A stretch of DNA of 64,000 nt from the human T2T-CHM13v2.0 reference genome, Homo sapiens (GCF_009914755.1 NC_060928.1); one strand, 5' to 3'; counted from the stretch's first letter, positions 16,142-31,199 are shown. Translations and numbers: made by a program. The notes: a model not told the origin generated them from the letters alone.

Positions 16142-17559
16142 AAAGAAATTGGCCATGGCTGCTGCATTATTGGCCTTCCCATTGGTCTGCTGTGACATGG
16201 AAAGACCAGGCACAAGAAGTTAAAGCAATCCAGATTGTTTGAGAAGTGAGGATGATTCAATATTATTAGATCCCCAGGCAAACTCACTGAATTTTGTGAT
16301 TTTGCCTCTCTTCCATTTACACCATAGAAATCTGGTTATAACTGATGCCCTTTCATTCTCAAGGCTTAGCACTAACTACTATTAGAAAAGAAATGTATCA
16401 GCAATTTCAGAGCCCATTCCTCTTTTAAAATATGTCTGCTTAAAGGATGCATTTTCTTAACAATATAATTCACCCTTTGGTTTGGGGCAATGCTCAGAAT
16501 TTGCCAGGGCCTTCAATATTCAAAATCTACAGAGATTCAAAAGTACTGAATTTAGTCTTCCACTCAAACATAACACATCTGACCTTCTTTCCTGAAAATA
16601 CAAGAGAATAAGTCAGAGATTTCCCTCGCTACACAATATTAAGTATCAAGATAATGTTATCTGGTTGATCAACAGGCCCTGGTTGTGCTAGATTAACATG
16701 GACTATAAGAAAAGAATGGAAAATAGGTAAATACTGCTATGTGTCAGATCAGCCTGGACCATTAGCAATCCCAGGACATGTCCAGGACTACTAGGCTGTC
16801 ATTTCAGGATAACCCCTCCCCACCTTTACCCTACTATATTGAGTGTGGATAGAATGCAATTTGCTTGACTCAAATATTAAAAAATAAAACTTGTAGATTT
16901 TAAATAAATGTATATTCAGAAAGAGGGGAGAGAGGAGAAAAGTAAGTGGAACAGTTATAGCTCAAATATGATATACTTTAGCATGGGTTGTATTTCTTAA
17001 GAGAGAGTAACTCTACTTCTTCAATGACATAAAGAATATTAAAAGTGTCAACATATGTAAAAATATAATAAATCCACCAGGTATTTAAAATTTTAATTAA
17101 AAATATTGAAAACAATGAAGTAAGGTGGCTAAAATGAATTTATCCATTCATACAAACTAACATATTTATAATTTTAGAGACCTATGGCCGGATGGCAATT
17201 TCTGAGATAAGTAATTTGCAAACGCTATTGGCATATTTCTAGGGTTAAACATCTATATTATTAATAAATGTCAATACTTAATATATAAGTGAAATATATA
17301 TTTTTCCTTCATAATACAGATACACTTATGGAAAATTATGATTTATCTTTATAGAACTTGTCTTTTACCTGTGAACATTCCAAGTGTCATATATACACAG
17401 ACACATATATAAACATATACATAGATACATATTTTACCTGTATAAAATATATTAACAGAATTGCTTAAAAATTTTATGTAAGAATATGAATTGTCATAAT
17501 AGAGAAAAGAATTTTCATTAAATTACTTATACCTGAATTACTGTATGCATTTAACATAG

Positions 17560-17881
<322 letters not shown>

Positions 17882-19299
17882 TAAGAAAAGTATTAATGTC
17901 ACAAATTATATAACAATCACATCTATTTATGCTGTCCTTACAAGGTATGCCAGTCCCAAATCTTCCTTAATAACCATGCTAACTTCATTAAAAGCAATTT
18001 TTCTCCTGTTTTTTAAGATAAATAATTTAAGGGTTTTCTACAAATATACTAACAAGATTTTAAAACTACATTCAAGTGTTTTCTTCCACAGCAAGATTCT
18101 TTATTCTAGAGGACAGACCAAACAATAACACATTTATTAATATGAAGCTTATTATTTTGTAATGAAACAAAAGTTAAAATTTTATGAGCACAATTTATAT
18201 TTAAGCATTATGATAGTGATAGTGATCTCACTGTTAATATGATCATACAGTTTTAATTTCAACTGAGCTAAATTTTCTGGTTAATTCAAAAGACCTTAAG
18301 AATTTTTTAAGCCAATGGGGATAAAAGGAGGGAGAATGGGAGTCACTGCCCCTCTCAAACAAAAATGAATTATGTAAACACAGATTACTTAGTGTGGGAG
18401 AATATAGGAAAGATATCTCTGACTTTTCTCAGCTTGCCAGGTCTGTGTCTCTTCTATCATCAGCTTTATGCACAAAGCACCTTACAAATCATAATAAGAT
18501 AACAGAGTAAATGCCATTTATGATTCATAATTACATAATTTTTTGGTCTGATATCCTTTCTCAGTCATTGAAAGGAATGGAAAAAACTACAATACTTTTG
18601 CACCAACCAAATATATGTGTGTATACTGACATTCACACTGGAATATATGTATTACATGTACATATTATAGGTGAGGAAAAGTTAGTTGTTTCAGTCACCA
18701 AGCCAATATTAATGAACACTGCCAAAAGTATTGGGAAATGTGTGTATGTGTGTGTACGTGCATGTGTGTGTGTACAGGCAGTTGGGATAGTGGTAAATGA
18801 TACAGCATAAGCTTTTGATTTCATCTGAATGGTGAAACGCTTTTGTAGGATAGCTTTTCGCATGGAAAATCTCACCTAGCATCTTAGATATCATGAATAG
18901 CAGAAATGAGGTTTTTTTCTCACTGTTTACATCCTATATCCATATACACATACCCATACATGCACATGTTGATAACTTAAGGAAGAAAGAAGTTAAAATG
19001 AGTTTAAACTAGCTCCACCATCTGCAAGTCACTAGTGAGGAGCAGAATGTTTTCATCAGTCATTATGGGTCAGATCTCAATGATTAAAAACCCCAAAGCT
19101 TCTCAAGGGTATAATTTCCTGGTTCTCCACCTGCACACTTCCCTGTGGACCTCATCACCCTTGACTCTAACTACATTCTGAAAAAGCAAGTAAATTCTCA
19201 TTGAGAATCAGAGTTTAACAATACATGCAAAATGAAACTAGTCTTGTTCATAACCAGATAAACAGCACGAGATTTTATTTTAAAAAATCAAGAAAAAAA

Positions 19300-19660
19300 T
19301 GTTTGCTTACTTTGGCTTATATGACTATCATTAACTGATTCCAAAATAATTATGTTAAGAAAACATAGAAATATTTTCTTGAGGTTTCACATCAGATATC
19401 ATCATTGGAAGAGCAGTTGAGTTCCAGTGGTCTGAGAAGCTCAATTTGACTTTTGAATGCTTTGGGGTCAATAAAACCCCAGATGATTTAGGCCATCACA
19501 CACCCCCTAGCTATGTAAATCTTTAAGCATGTCAAAGAAAATGTAATCCGCATAGGCTGATTCATTTACACTTAACTCATCAAAATAAGTGTTTGTAGGA
19601 GTTATTTGATGTTAAGAAAGTCCTCTTTATAAAAATGCTTGAAATCTATACTTTTCAGAA
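19300..19660. repeat. Probable MER121-type ancient conserved repeat
   Basis: ccccagatgatttaggccatcacacaccccctagctatgtaaatctttaagcatgtcaaagaaaatgtaatccgcataggctgattcatttacacttaactcatcaaaat matches my recollection of an ancient conserved mammalian repeat consensus. The family name is from memory. Confidence 0.6.
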
Positions 19661-20524
19661 AGAGAATGTCATTTCAAGATTAAGCAATTCCTCTCTAACT
19701 CTACATTTTTACTGTTAGTTCAAAACTCAGAACATTTTTAGTTTCTAAGGGGAATGAATTTTCACTGAAGTAGTCTATCTTTCTCAGTCATAGCCAGATC
19801 ACAGTGCTTTCTCTCTCTTGGTGCTTGTAATTCCACTGAGATGCCTCCATAATTACAAACAGTGCACTGTACTTGTTCTGAGACAAAACAGCCCTCCATG
19901 ACTAAGGAATGTATAAAACAATGGATTGAAATAATCTTCCTAGACTTTTTATTTCTTCTTCAATGAATGTTGCTAACATTAGATATAAATGAAGTGAAAT
20001 GTAGTAATGGTGGTAATTTTAAAAACAAATGTGGAAAAAGACCTAAAACTTCCCCTCAAAACTAATCTGGAAACATAAACATCAGCAGATGACTTTGATG
20101 TAAGATTCTATTGTAGGGCTTTATTTTGTTCTTGTTGTCAAATTAGACAGAATATAATGTTATTATCTATTTTGTCAACATTTATAACATGAAATAACAA
20201 ATATGCATTTCTAGTTTCTTTGAAAAATTAATTTAGAACAGAATCTTAATGCAAAATGATATTTGATTTGATAACCATTTGAGAGTGCTGATTTTTACAT
20301 TGTTGAAGTTATATGATATCTTGGAATAAACTGGTCATTGTATGAGCCATACATAGAATAAAAATAATAAAATTAAAAAGAATTATTCTGATGTTTTTGA
20401 TACAATCTAAATCCTGCATAATTGAAACTTTTATGATTAATCTTGTTTTGTGTTGACACAACTAAGGTAATGTTAACATGTTAAGAAATTAGATAAGTTT
20501 CATAATTAACAATCATTGCTCCAG

Positions 20525-20765
20525 AAAAAGTATGGTGGAGTCATTAAGACAACAAAATGGTGCCAGACTACTTGCCTTTGAATCCCAGCTCTGCCACTTA
20601 ATTAATTGCAGGGTGACTTTGGGCAAGTTACTTAAATTATTTGTGCCTGTTTCTATATCCATAAAAATGGAGACAATATGTATGTCTCAGGGTTGTTGTG
20701 AGGACTAAATGGATTAATATCTATAAAGTAGTTAGAACTCTAGCGATATAAACATTAGCTCTTAT
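20525..20765 (+). mobile_element. MIR SINE, near full length
   Basis: tgaatcccagctctgccactta...gtgactttgggcaagttacttaa...cagggttgttgtgaggactaaatg is the MIR core. Confidence 0.9.
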
Positions 20766-21279
20766 CCTATTTAACAGGAAAAATCAATTGTTTGAATTTG
20801 ACATTTGACAATTTTCTTTCCCTATGCCTTTTTGCGTCCATTTCCTAATATGTAATATGGAATGTCTATTTTAAAGTCAAAAAGAAGTACTATGTACTTA
20901 ATGTGTCCTGAAAATTAGGATTTTATCATCTAAAACTGATTAACAAAAGAAGCAGATTTAAACATAAATATAACAGGTTTTATGGTGTTGGCTTTCCAAT
21001 CTTTTTCAGTTGGTTCTGCACTTTCTAATTCCAGCACTGGTCGCTCATCTCCACTTTAAGTCCTGATTTACAATAGTTTTTTATTTATGTAAATGTCCAA
21101 CAGTTCCCTCCAGTGCTGCATATTTTCTGTGACCCTCACATTTGTATTCCCCAAGTTTGTGCCACTTTCCAATTATCTGAGTTCTTTTCATGTTGATATG
21201 ATTTTTTTCTTTTGGCCTTTATTAATTTCTCCCATTTTTTTTCCTTGAAAATATCTATTTCTCTTCTTCCTCTGTGGTC

Positions 21280-21900
21280 TAGACATTCCCTTTATCTAGC
21301 TTATGCAAGTATCCTCTTAATTCTCTCCCTGCCATCCAATCCTCTCTTTCAAATTAGTCTGTCCACCACTGCCAGACTTACCTCCTTATAACACTGTCTT
21401 CCTTATTTGATCATTACTCTCTGTATTCTTCAATACTAGGTTCAAAGCCTTTTGACCAGTTTTCAGTGTCTCTATTATCTGAATCCAGTAAACTCATTCA
21501 ATATGTTTATGCTTCTTGAATTGAGATACGTTTCTTCTAACAGCAGAACACATCCTACTCATTCCTACATTTTTGTTGATTTTTCTATCCCAATATGACT
21601 CTCTCGCATTTCACTTCCATACATTTACATCTTAAATATTTTAAGGTATATATCAAGTTTCCACTCTCTCCAGAAATTGTTTTTGACCATTCTGACCACT
21701 CTGATCTTTCCCTTCTAGGAGTTACTATGGCACTTAGCATCAATGCTAAGAATTTAATATTTTGTAATGTGTCAGTTACTTTACCCAGAAATCAAGAACT
21801 AGACCATATCCTCTTGAGGCCTGACACAATCCACACATTGCTCATCAGAGCCCTAGGCATATAATGCCTAGGCAAGAAGCATTTATTACAAGATTAATTG
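21280..21900 (+). mobile_element. L2 remnant
   Basis: Pyrimidine-rich L2-like stretch (ccaccactgccaga...tcaagtttccactctctccagaa...ctagaccatatcctcttgaggc...gccctaggcatataa). Confidence 0.55.
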
Positions 21901-23179
21901 ATTAGTAATTTAAAATGTACACGATTTTATAAATAACTTTATAAATGCTAGCATTTAAATTTCACACTTATGAAGCAAATTTAGTAAACAACCCTCTAGC
22001 AGTTTCTTTACTCACTCTTACCAGGTCCTCATCATATACTTCAAATAGTTTTTCTTTATTCCAGTTTATGTTCTCTACACCACCAGCCCAGACTTTTGGA
22101 ACCAGTGATTCTGTATTGGTTTTCATACATGGTCTCAGTCAACTGTTCTCTTTCCTTTTTAGTATCATAATACAGACTTGTAAAGATAATACAAGGCATT
22201 AATACAATAATGAAAGTGAAATGTCAGATTTGGCCATCTTTGTGGTTATTCTGAAGTCAAGAAGAGTTCAAGTAGTCATCACTTGGAGTGAAAATCCAGT
22301 TCGAATGGGTAACTTCAAAAAAAAATTAGTGTCTTAATTTCCCATTAATATTCAAGATTCCCCATGGTTTCATAGTGTTATATGAGTGTGAGAAAGTTAT
22401 TGCTGTCTGTATTGGTTACTTTACTTGTATACATAATTAATTAGGTTTGTAAATATAAAAATAATAATTGAAATATTTTTAAAACTAATAGTAAATTGAC
22501 TAATGGTTAACTTTTGGGTTTAATCATGATATTCAAATTCTTCACAGTCAAAATTTTTCTGAATCTGGCCCTACCTTATCCTTCTCAATTAATCTATCAT
22601 CGTAACCTAAACAAAAGTCCTATTTCCAGTCCAGTTTCCTCACTGCCTCTTGAACTCAAGCCTGTAGTCCCCTTCTGGAGTTCCCTTTACACTCAAAACC
22701 GTTTATCCCAATTCAGATTTACATTTCTGCTTTATCCCCATCTAGCTACTTACTTCTCTATTTATCTTCTCTCATTTTAATTTTTAGAAAATATACTAAA
22801 TAAAATATAATTTTATAATTAATTGCATGTCTGTTTTGTTAGTTAATGTTTCAAACACATACCTATTTTATCTGTATCTAGATTGTAAGCATGTAACATT
22901 TACAGACCATATATTAACTTTTTAAAATTAAGCAATTAACTTCCTGGCATGGACACTGTATGTAATTCATGCTGAATAATTTCTTTTGGATAATAAAACA
23001 ATAAATGATTTTGCATATTTTAATAACTGTCATAAAGGAAATTAAACATTAGGCATTAAATTTTTTAAAGATCTATAATCCAAGAGATTGCTAATTGTTC
23101 TTGCTCATTATATGTTCATCATATACTATTTTAAGTCTACTTCAGTAATAACATAAGTAATAATAATTGTAATAATAAG

Positions 23180-23365
23180 AACTAGCATTGAATGAGTGCT
23201 TAGTATGTTTCTAGGCACCCTTCTAATCGTCTTACGGATTCACTAATATAATTCTCATAACACCTCATAAAATAGACATTACCAATATCTCAGTTTTACA
23301 GAAGAGAAAACTAAAGCTAAGAGAGGCTAAATAATTTGCTTCAGATTCCACAGAACTAGAGGTCA
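23180..23365 (-). mobile_element. MIR SINE remnant
   Basis: tgagtgcttagtatg...ctcataacacctcata...cagttttacagaagagaaaactaaagctaagagaggctaaataatttgc is the reverse MIR core. Confidence 0.85.
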
Positions 23366-23770
23366 ACAACAGTCACAAACATTTACTTCTTATCTATCAC
23401 CTGCCAGGAATTCCTCAGGTGGCTTTATTTTTCAATATCATACTAATAGGTATTAGCATATTTTATTTATAGACATAAATTGGTAGTTTATGTGATACTT
23501 TTGATACAAAGCCACTAAACACTCTTCTTATAAGTATACCTGTGATATAGTATCATTTTCTTTTATCAGGTTTGTTTGGTAGTCAGGTCATATTTATGAT
23601 TATCAATGCATTTAACTCCATAAAACCAGCTGAAAATAAAATCTAAGGGTTGCAGTGTAGGGTAACCCACAAGACTGACAGCGTATGTTTAGGACCACCA
23701 GGGAAACAAGATCTTCCAAAAATATTTTGATGTTTGTTATTTCAAAAAAGGTATGGCATGGATATAATAA

Positions 23771-24101
<331 letters not shown>

Positions 24102-24109
24102 TAATCTTT

Positions 24110-24270
24110 ACTAGTATTATTAGTATTATTATTACTACTATTACTATAATTAAGAGACATGGTCTCGCTATGATGCCCAGGCTGGTCTCGAACTCCTGAG
24201 CTCAAATGATCCACTGGCCTCAGCCTCCCAAAGTGCTTGAATTACACTCATGAGCCATGGTGCCTGACCC
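24110..24270 (-). mobile_element. FLAM/AluJ left monomer with (TAT/TAC)n-decayed tail
   Basis: agagacatggtctcgctatgatgcccaggctggtctcgaactcctgagctcaaatgatcc. Confidence 0.85.
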
Positions 24271-24309
24271 TTCTTATAACTAACATGTGTTTTAGTATTT
24301 GTATACTTG

Positions 24310-24790
24310 CATCGAATGTCTCAATTCTTCATTCTTCACTGTCTCCATACTCTGTGACTTCAGATTCTCCCACTGAGGGGGCAGAGTATATTTTTCTACT
24401 TTTTGGCTTCAGATTTAGCCACCAGGCTTGCTTTGGTCAAATGAATGAGACAAGACTGATGGGCCAGGCCTTAAGAGTCCTTTCTTGTTCCATGGATCCT
24501 TCTTAGGTTTCTGCCATCAACTTAAAAATAAGAAGCTTGGGCTAGCCTGCTGGTCCCAGAAGAAGCATGAGAAATACATGGAGCCTAGCTGAACTGGTCA
24601 CATGGAGCCCTATCTAGATCATCTGGGTTCAACTTAACACACTTGAGCAGTGCCAGCTGAAATTGGCAGAGCCACGCAGCTGCACCAGGCTTAAATCAGC
24701 TGACCTCCAGCTGTCTGGATAAACATCTAAATAAATACTGAATGTGGCTGGCTGATGAGGTTTTATGGTAGTTTCCTACACAGCATGATC
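24310..24790 (+). mobile_element. Old MaLR solo LTR (MLT1H/I/J-like)
   Basis: ctcccactgagggggcagagtatattt...cttgctttggtcaaatgaatg...gctagcctgctggtcccagaag...aataaat...gttttatggtagtttcctacacagca. Confidence 0.75.
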
Positions 24791-25239
24791 AATGGTATTG
24801 TTCTTACTGGAAATTGCATAATGGTTTATGGGTGTAGGACCACGACATTTTCACTGTCTAGGGCTCCAAGGGATCTTAATGTGAGGCTTTAGGATGCTAA
24901 ATCGGATTGGTCTTCAGTGTAAACGCAGAAAGCTTTTAAAATGTGTTTCCTTGTGTATGTGTTCTGTTGGTTTCATTTCATGGGGAGGAGGGATAGTTTT
25001 CTGATACTTAGTTGAAAAATTCGACATAAAGGACAGTGCATTGAGGTAAGGATGGAAGTATGTGAAAAGTGACATTTTGGGTATCATTTGTCTTTTTACA
25101 GCCTTTAGATTAAATGCCTGTTCTTGTGAAGTGTTCCTGCCTTTTCAAATCTAGATTTATAGTCCTCTCAAGTATTTCTTTTCAGAGTATGGTCCTCTTT
25201 ATTCCCTAAGGTAGCCTGTATACTTCTTTTCTTGTCTGT

Positions 25240-25360
25240 AGACTCTTCTAGACTATGATGCTTATGAGGGGAAGATACATGTGTGTCTTGTTCACTGCTA
25301 AATCTTGAACCCTAATTATACTTCCAGTTACATAAGTGGCCTTCTATAAATAATTGTTAC
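25240..25360 (+). mobile_element. L2 3' terminus
   Basis: ctagactatgatgcttatgagggg...gtcttgttcactgctaaatc...ataaataattgtt. Confidence 0.7.
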
Positions 25361-26885
25361 TGTGATGTGATGTAGACTTTCCCTGGTAAAATATATATTC
25401 TTTAATTTGCCCTTTGCTAAAAAAAATCATTTTAGATATTTTGTCCTATGATAAAATTACTTTATGACAAAGATTATATTTTTCTTTTCCAAAGTGGCCT
25501 TTATTAATATTATAGTTTTAAAGAGATTGTGACAACATTCTGAAAATATAAATATTTAGACAATAGCAAGTAAAAGTTTCTCTTATACATCCTCAGTCTT
25601 TTTCCTGGAGAGAAACACATTTAACCACTTTTGTTTTTTTTTCTCTTAGTAGTTATTTAAATAATTCAAAATAGTATGCTTATGCCTTCATTTCCAAATA
25701 TTTCAATTTAAATATTATCAGTAGTTTCACCTGCATTAAAAAGTGATGAATTTTACTCCCTTACACTACTACATTCCTTCTAAAAAAAGTATGCAGACAC
25801 TTTTTACTTTTCATTTTTACTTCAGTATTTATAATCTTAAATAATGTATGATAACCTCTATTTCTTGATATTACTTCAGATATTTCCTGACTTTGTAATA
25901 CATAAGATGTAAATGACAGATTATATCAGTTCTAAAAGGCAAAATTCTATCAGTATTAAAGCAGAAAGTCAGAAGCTCTGAAATGAATATTCTCAGAAAC
26001 AAGTAGATTCAATTAGCAACTGATATAATTAAGGAATAATGTGTTTGATAGAGTATAGCTATATACTTCTTTTTGTAAATGGGATAAAACAAAGATAATT
26101 AGAAATTTCAGAAGAAAAAAATGTCTACTAACATCAAGTGCCAAATATACATTTCCTAATCAATGGGTCTGACCAAATAAACTTAGTTCTAATATAAATA
26201 CATCTTTATAATGATTTTTTTGAACTCTGGTTATTTTTGGCATCATCTCATAAATATTTGCAATATGAAAAGTGATACCACTTAGAATATCAAATTATAA
26301 TATAAAGGTAATGCTATGTCAGAAAGAAGGAACCAAGACAAGGAGAAATAGAGAAGAAGAGGGACAGCGGTAAAAATAATTTTTATCAAGAGTAGTAAAA
26401 GACATTTTAATTAAAAATTAAATCAATTTTCAACAAATAGATTTGGAAAGATTTTTAGGAGTTAATACTTTAACAAGATTGTGAAGAAAGGATGTCTCAT
26501 CCACTGATGGAATTTGCATACTTAGTACAATATTTATGGGGTGTAATTTCAAAATATGTATGGATAAACACATTTTATTCTTAGTAACCCATAACAAGGA
26601 CATAATCTAAACCATAAATGTTAATGCATTAAATTCTTTCAGACTTCATTGGGACAAAAACACAACTAAATTACATACATCATATGATATTAACTACATA
26701 CAGCTAGGTAGGAATATAGTGGGAAGCTTTGTAAGTGATAGTTCATGTTAACTGTTTCTTTTTTTAAAAGAATTTTCGTTGTAACTTAAACCTTTAATTA
26801 AGATTCAGAGTCAATACATATATTTTTACAAATTTATTGCCATAATATTATAAGTGATTGATATACTTTCAGTTAAGCATAGCTG

Positions 26886-28205
26886 TACACCTACAACCAT
26901 CTGATCTTCAACAAAGGTGACAAAGACAATCAGTGGGGAAAGAACTCCCTATTTAATAAATGTTGCTTTGATAGCTGACTAGCCATATGCAGAAGATTAA
27001 AGCTGGACCCCTTCCTTACACCATATACAAAAATCAACTCAAGATGGATTAAAGACTTAAGTGTAAAACCTAAAACTATAAAAACCCTTGAAGAAAACCA
27101 CCTAGGAAATACCATTCTAGACATACACCCTGGCAGAGATTTTATGACGAAGATGCCAAAAGCAATTGCAACAAAAACAAAAATTGACAAACCAAATCTA
27201 ATTAAACTAAAGAGCTTCTGCACAGCAGAAGAAGCTATCAACAAATAGATGGCCCACAGAAAGGGAGAAAATGTTTGCAAACAATGCATATGACAAAAGT
27301 CTGATGTCCAAAATCTATAAGGAACTTAAACAAATCAACAAGCAAAAAAAAAAAAAAAACCATTAAAAAGTAGGCAAAGGACATAAACAGACACTTTTCA
27401 TAAGAAGACAGACATATGGCCAACAAGGATATGAAAAATGCTCAACATCACTAATAATTAGAGAAATGCAAATCAAAACCACAATAAGATATCATCTCAC
27501 ACCATTCAGTATGTCTATTATTAAAAAGTCAAAAAATTACAGATGCTGGCAAGGTTGCAAATAAAGGGAAACACTTATACATTGCTGATGGAAATGTAAA
27601 TTAGTTCAGCTACTGTGGAAAGCAGTTTGGCAATTTTTCAAAGAACTTAGAACTACCATTCAACCCAGCAATTTTATTATTGCGTATATACCCAAAGGAA
27701 TATAAACTGTTCGGCTATAAATAGACATGCACACATATGTTTATAGCAGCACTATTTACAATAGCACAGACACCATATCAACCTAAATGTCCATCAATGG
27801 TAGATTGGATAAAGAAAATGTGGTACATAACACACCACAGACTACTATGCAGCCATAAAAAAGAACAAGATCATGTTCTTTTTAGCAACATGGATGGAGC
27901 TAGAGACCATTATCCTAAGCAAACTAACACAGGAACAGAAAACCAAACACCACGTGTTCTTACTTATAAGGGCGAGCTAAACATTAAGTACACATGGACA
28001 CCAAGAAGAGAACAACAGACACTGGGGCCTACTTGAGGATGGAGAGTAGGAGGAGGGTGAGGTTTAAAAAACTACTTGTCAAGTATTATATGCTTATTAT
28101 CTGCGTGATGAAATAATCTGTACACCAAAACCCCAAGACACGCAATTTATCTATAGAACCAACATGCACATGTACCCCCAAAACTAAAATAAATTTTCTA
28201 AAATA
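26886..28205 (+). mobile_element. 5'-truncated old L1 (L1PA13-16-like)
   Basis: ORF2 C-terminal sequence (cctacaaccatctgatcttc; MFIAALFTIAQT...MVDWIKKMWYI) and 3' UTR gtgatgaaataatctgtacaccaaaacccc. Confidence 0.9.
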
Positions 28206-29421
28206 TTAAATATAATTTATTTTAGAAAAGAGAAGTTCTAGAGGAGAGACATTAAATTAAAATAAGTAGTAACCACATGTTTTAACACTTCTGAATTAAT
28301 TTAAAATGTCCTAAAAAATTACTTAAGGTAATTATTAGCAGATCCAAATGACTTCTAAGCTTCTAAATAAACTCTCCTAAATGAATGCATAAATGCTCAA
28401 ATTTATGGCAATTAGTACATTTTAGTTAACCAGAAGAATTTTTCATAATTTTATGCCATAGTCATACATGAATTATGCTGGGAAATTGGATCTCCATAGG
28501 TTAAGTTAGGAATTCCAATCTTAAAATATCCTACATCTCTCTTCAAATGCCAACACTACCAGTATTATTCATCTATTCATACATATATGCGTGCATCTGT
28601 GGCATGTAAATATATGTATATAAATCTATGTAGTCTGGGTATCAATTAAATGTAGCAAACAGCAACCAACCATAATTTGGAACAAAATAAGATACTGCTA
28701 CTCTGTCACTGAAGTAGACAAGACCTCATTTTTACTTTATATTTATAAAAATTTAATAATTACCAATAGTTAGCACTTGGTAACTTGTCTTATAAACATA
28801 ACGAGTGTTAATAATCAAAAATTATCATTGTTTACTGATGTTCTCTTTTGTCCTGACAGTCCTGACATTCCTGACATTGGATGACTGAGACTACCCAACT
28901 ATGACACGCAAGCAGTGTGTAAGACGAGAACAGGTGCCTGCAGACCTGATATCGTTTCAGTGTCTTCAGAACTTTATAAAACCTTTTTTTGAAAACTTAC
29001 ATTCTTTTAACAGCACTATTTTCAAGAGCATGCGTTCCTTTTATGAGGATTCATGTTTGGAAATTAATCCATGTCATGGACCATTCCACTAAATTAATTT
29101 TAAATCTAGGTTTTAAGAAGCACAATATAGTGGAAGATGTAATAGTGGAAGTGTGGACCCTAAGTTTCTATACTGTGTGATTTTTAGTCTCTTAGAACTC
29201 ATGAAACATCATTCCGTTGTTTTTAAAGAATGGGAAGGCAAATCAGGGTGTCATCTGGTCTCAGTTCTCTTTGAAAGTCCAGGGGAGATATTTTATTCCT
29301 TGCTACGATGTCAAAAGAATTAAAAAGTAGCTACTCTATAGAAAAATAAATGTACATCCTGATATTAAGTGAACTTCAAATGTTTTAAACTATAAATTAT
29401 ACAATTGAGAGTAATAACAGT

Positions 29422-29821
29422 GCTGATAGTACTCCACAAACATGGCGAACATTCCAAAAACCCGCCAGACTTTCTGTACGAAGTGTGCAAGCACCAACCC
29501 CAGAAAATGACACGGTACAAGAAGAGCAAGGATTTTCTGTATGCCCAGGGAAAGCAGCGTTATGACAGGAAGCAGAGTGGCTATGGTGGGCAGACTAAGC
29601 CAATTTTCCAGAAAAAGACTAAAACTACAAAGAAGATTGGGCCAAGGCTTGAGTGCATAGAGCCCAACTGCCGATCTAAGAGAATGCTGGCTATTAAATG
29701 ATGCAAGTATTTTGAACTGGGAGGAGATAAGGAGAGAAAGGGCCAAGTAATCCAGTTCTGCCATCATCTTTTGTTTTATTATGAAGAAAATAAAATGTTG
29801 AATTTGTATTTAAAAAGAGAA
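29422..29821 (+). pseudogene. RPL36A-like pseudogene: RPL36A (eL42) processed pseudogene
   Basis: ATG at 29442 gives [15 protein letters not shown], then a frameshift, then [40 protein letters not shown]...[28 protein letters not shown]. Intronless, with AATAAA at 29789 and a short A-rich tail. TSD AGTAATAACAGT at 29410-29421 and 29822-29833. Confidence 0.96.
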
Positions 29822-31199
29822 AGTAATAACAGTTAAGAAACTATATAATTTTAGAAAATTATTCCACAAGATATAGATTTATATATTCCATTTTATTTTT
29901 CTAGGAGTCATTTATAAACCTAGTGTCTCTTCATTTTTTTATGTCTAGTTTTGACTTTAACACTGGCTTAATCATATTCATGAGTAGCTGTCATTCATTA
30001 GGCAGGTACTTCTGAAGCAATGCAAATTCAAAGTAGAGGATTGGTAAAAATCAGAGAATGCTTTATAAAGTTCTCTCTGCAGTTTAAAGAACTGAAGGTC
30101 AGAAGACTAAATGATATTTCAGAGTCACACAGCATGTAACTAGAATTGTTCTCTTCTGATGTCAACCTTAGTACATGTCATATTATGAGAATACACACTT
30201 AAATTCCATGATCCCAAAAGAAAAAGTTTTCAGAAACCACTTAAAAATCTCCTCCATTTACACTGAAAAACAAAAAGACATAAATCTGAGTAAAGCTCAA
30301 ATTTTAACTGCTCCAATGCAACTGGAAAATGTTTATAGAATTTTTGCATTTTTAACTATTTTACAGAAATTGCTACAACAGGAATATATTTGAAACAGGA
30401 AGAGAGTTTACTGGATTTTTTTCCAACAGCTTTATTGGGATGTGATTCATATACCATAAAATGTATCATTTTAAAGTTGATAATTCAGTGTTGTTATTAG
30501 ATTTTAATAGTTACTGGTAAATTGCAATATTGCACGTGGTTTTAAAATGCTGCAAATATTTTTAAAAAACGAGAAGGAAAGCAGAACTCTGGGTGATGAA
30601 TATATGCAGTAAAGAGATTCTCAGTTATTGAGAGAAGTTGTATATTCATAGAGGAGATGGACAGTTTCAGATTAAGTACTTATATATCTCAATGTCCTAA
30701 AAAATGAGAAGATGCTTATGATATAATGATAATGACAAACAACTTTATATAAAGAAATATTTTTAAAAACTGGAATGCCTTTGTTTAAATATTAACAAGG
30801 CCTATTTCTCAGCTGTAAGAACAAAAGGGTTTTAGATATTTTTTCAACTTTGCTATATTTTCTACATTGATCCACACCTTTTAATAATCAGAAAAAAAAT
30901 ACTAAAATGTGCGGTCCCGTCAGTCTTACAAAAAAAATTACTTTGTTTTCATTTTCCTTCCACTCGCCATGTAAACCTTTTCAAAAACAGAATTATGTAA
31001 TATATCATAATTTCACCTTGTTCGGAAAGATGCAGTAACTAGACAGAAATTGAAAGGCCATGGCCTTCACAATGATGCCACTTTCCATTTGCAAATGTGT
31101 CCCCTAGTTGTTCTTCCAGTGATTTAGCTCTTAGCTTCAAACAATTTTAACATTGTTCTCTGACTGAACAAATCCAATAAACTCTATACTATAAATATT

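Noticed and set aside
29390-29767. 125-aa antisense ORF
   Set aside because: Shadow frame of the RPL36A pseudogene, with no independent support.
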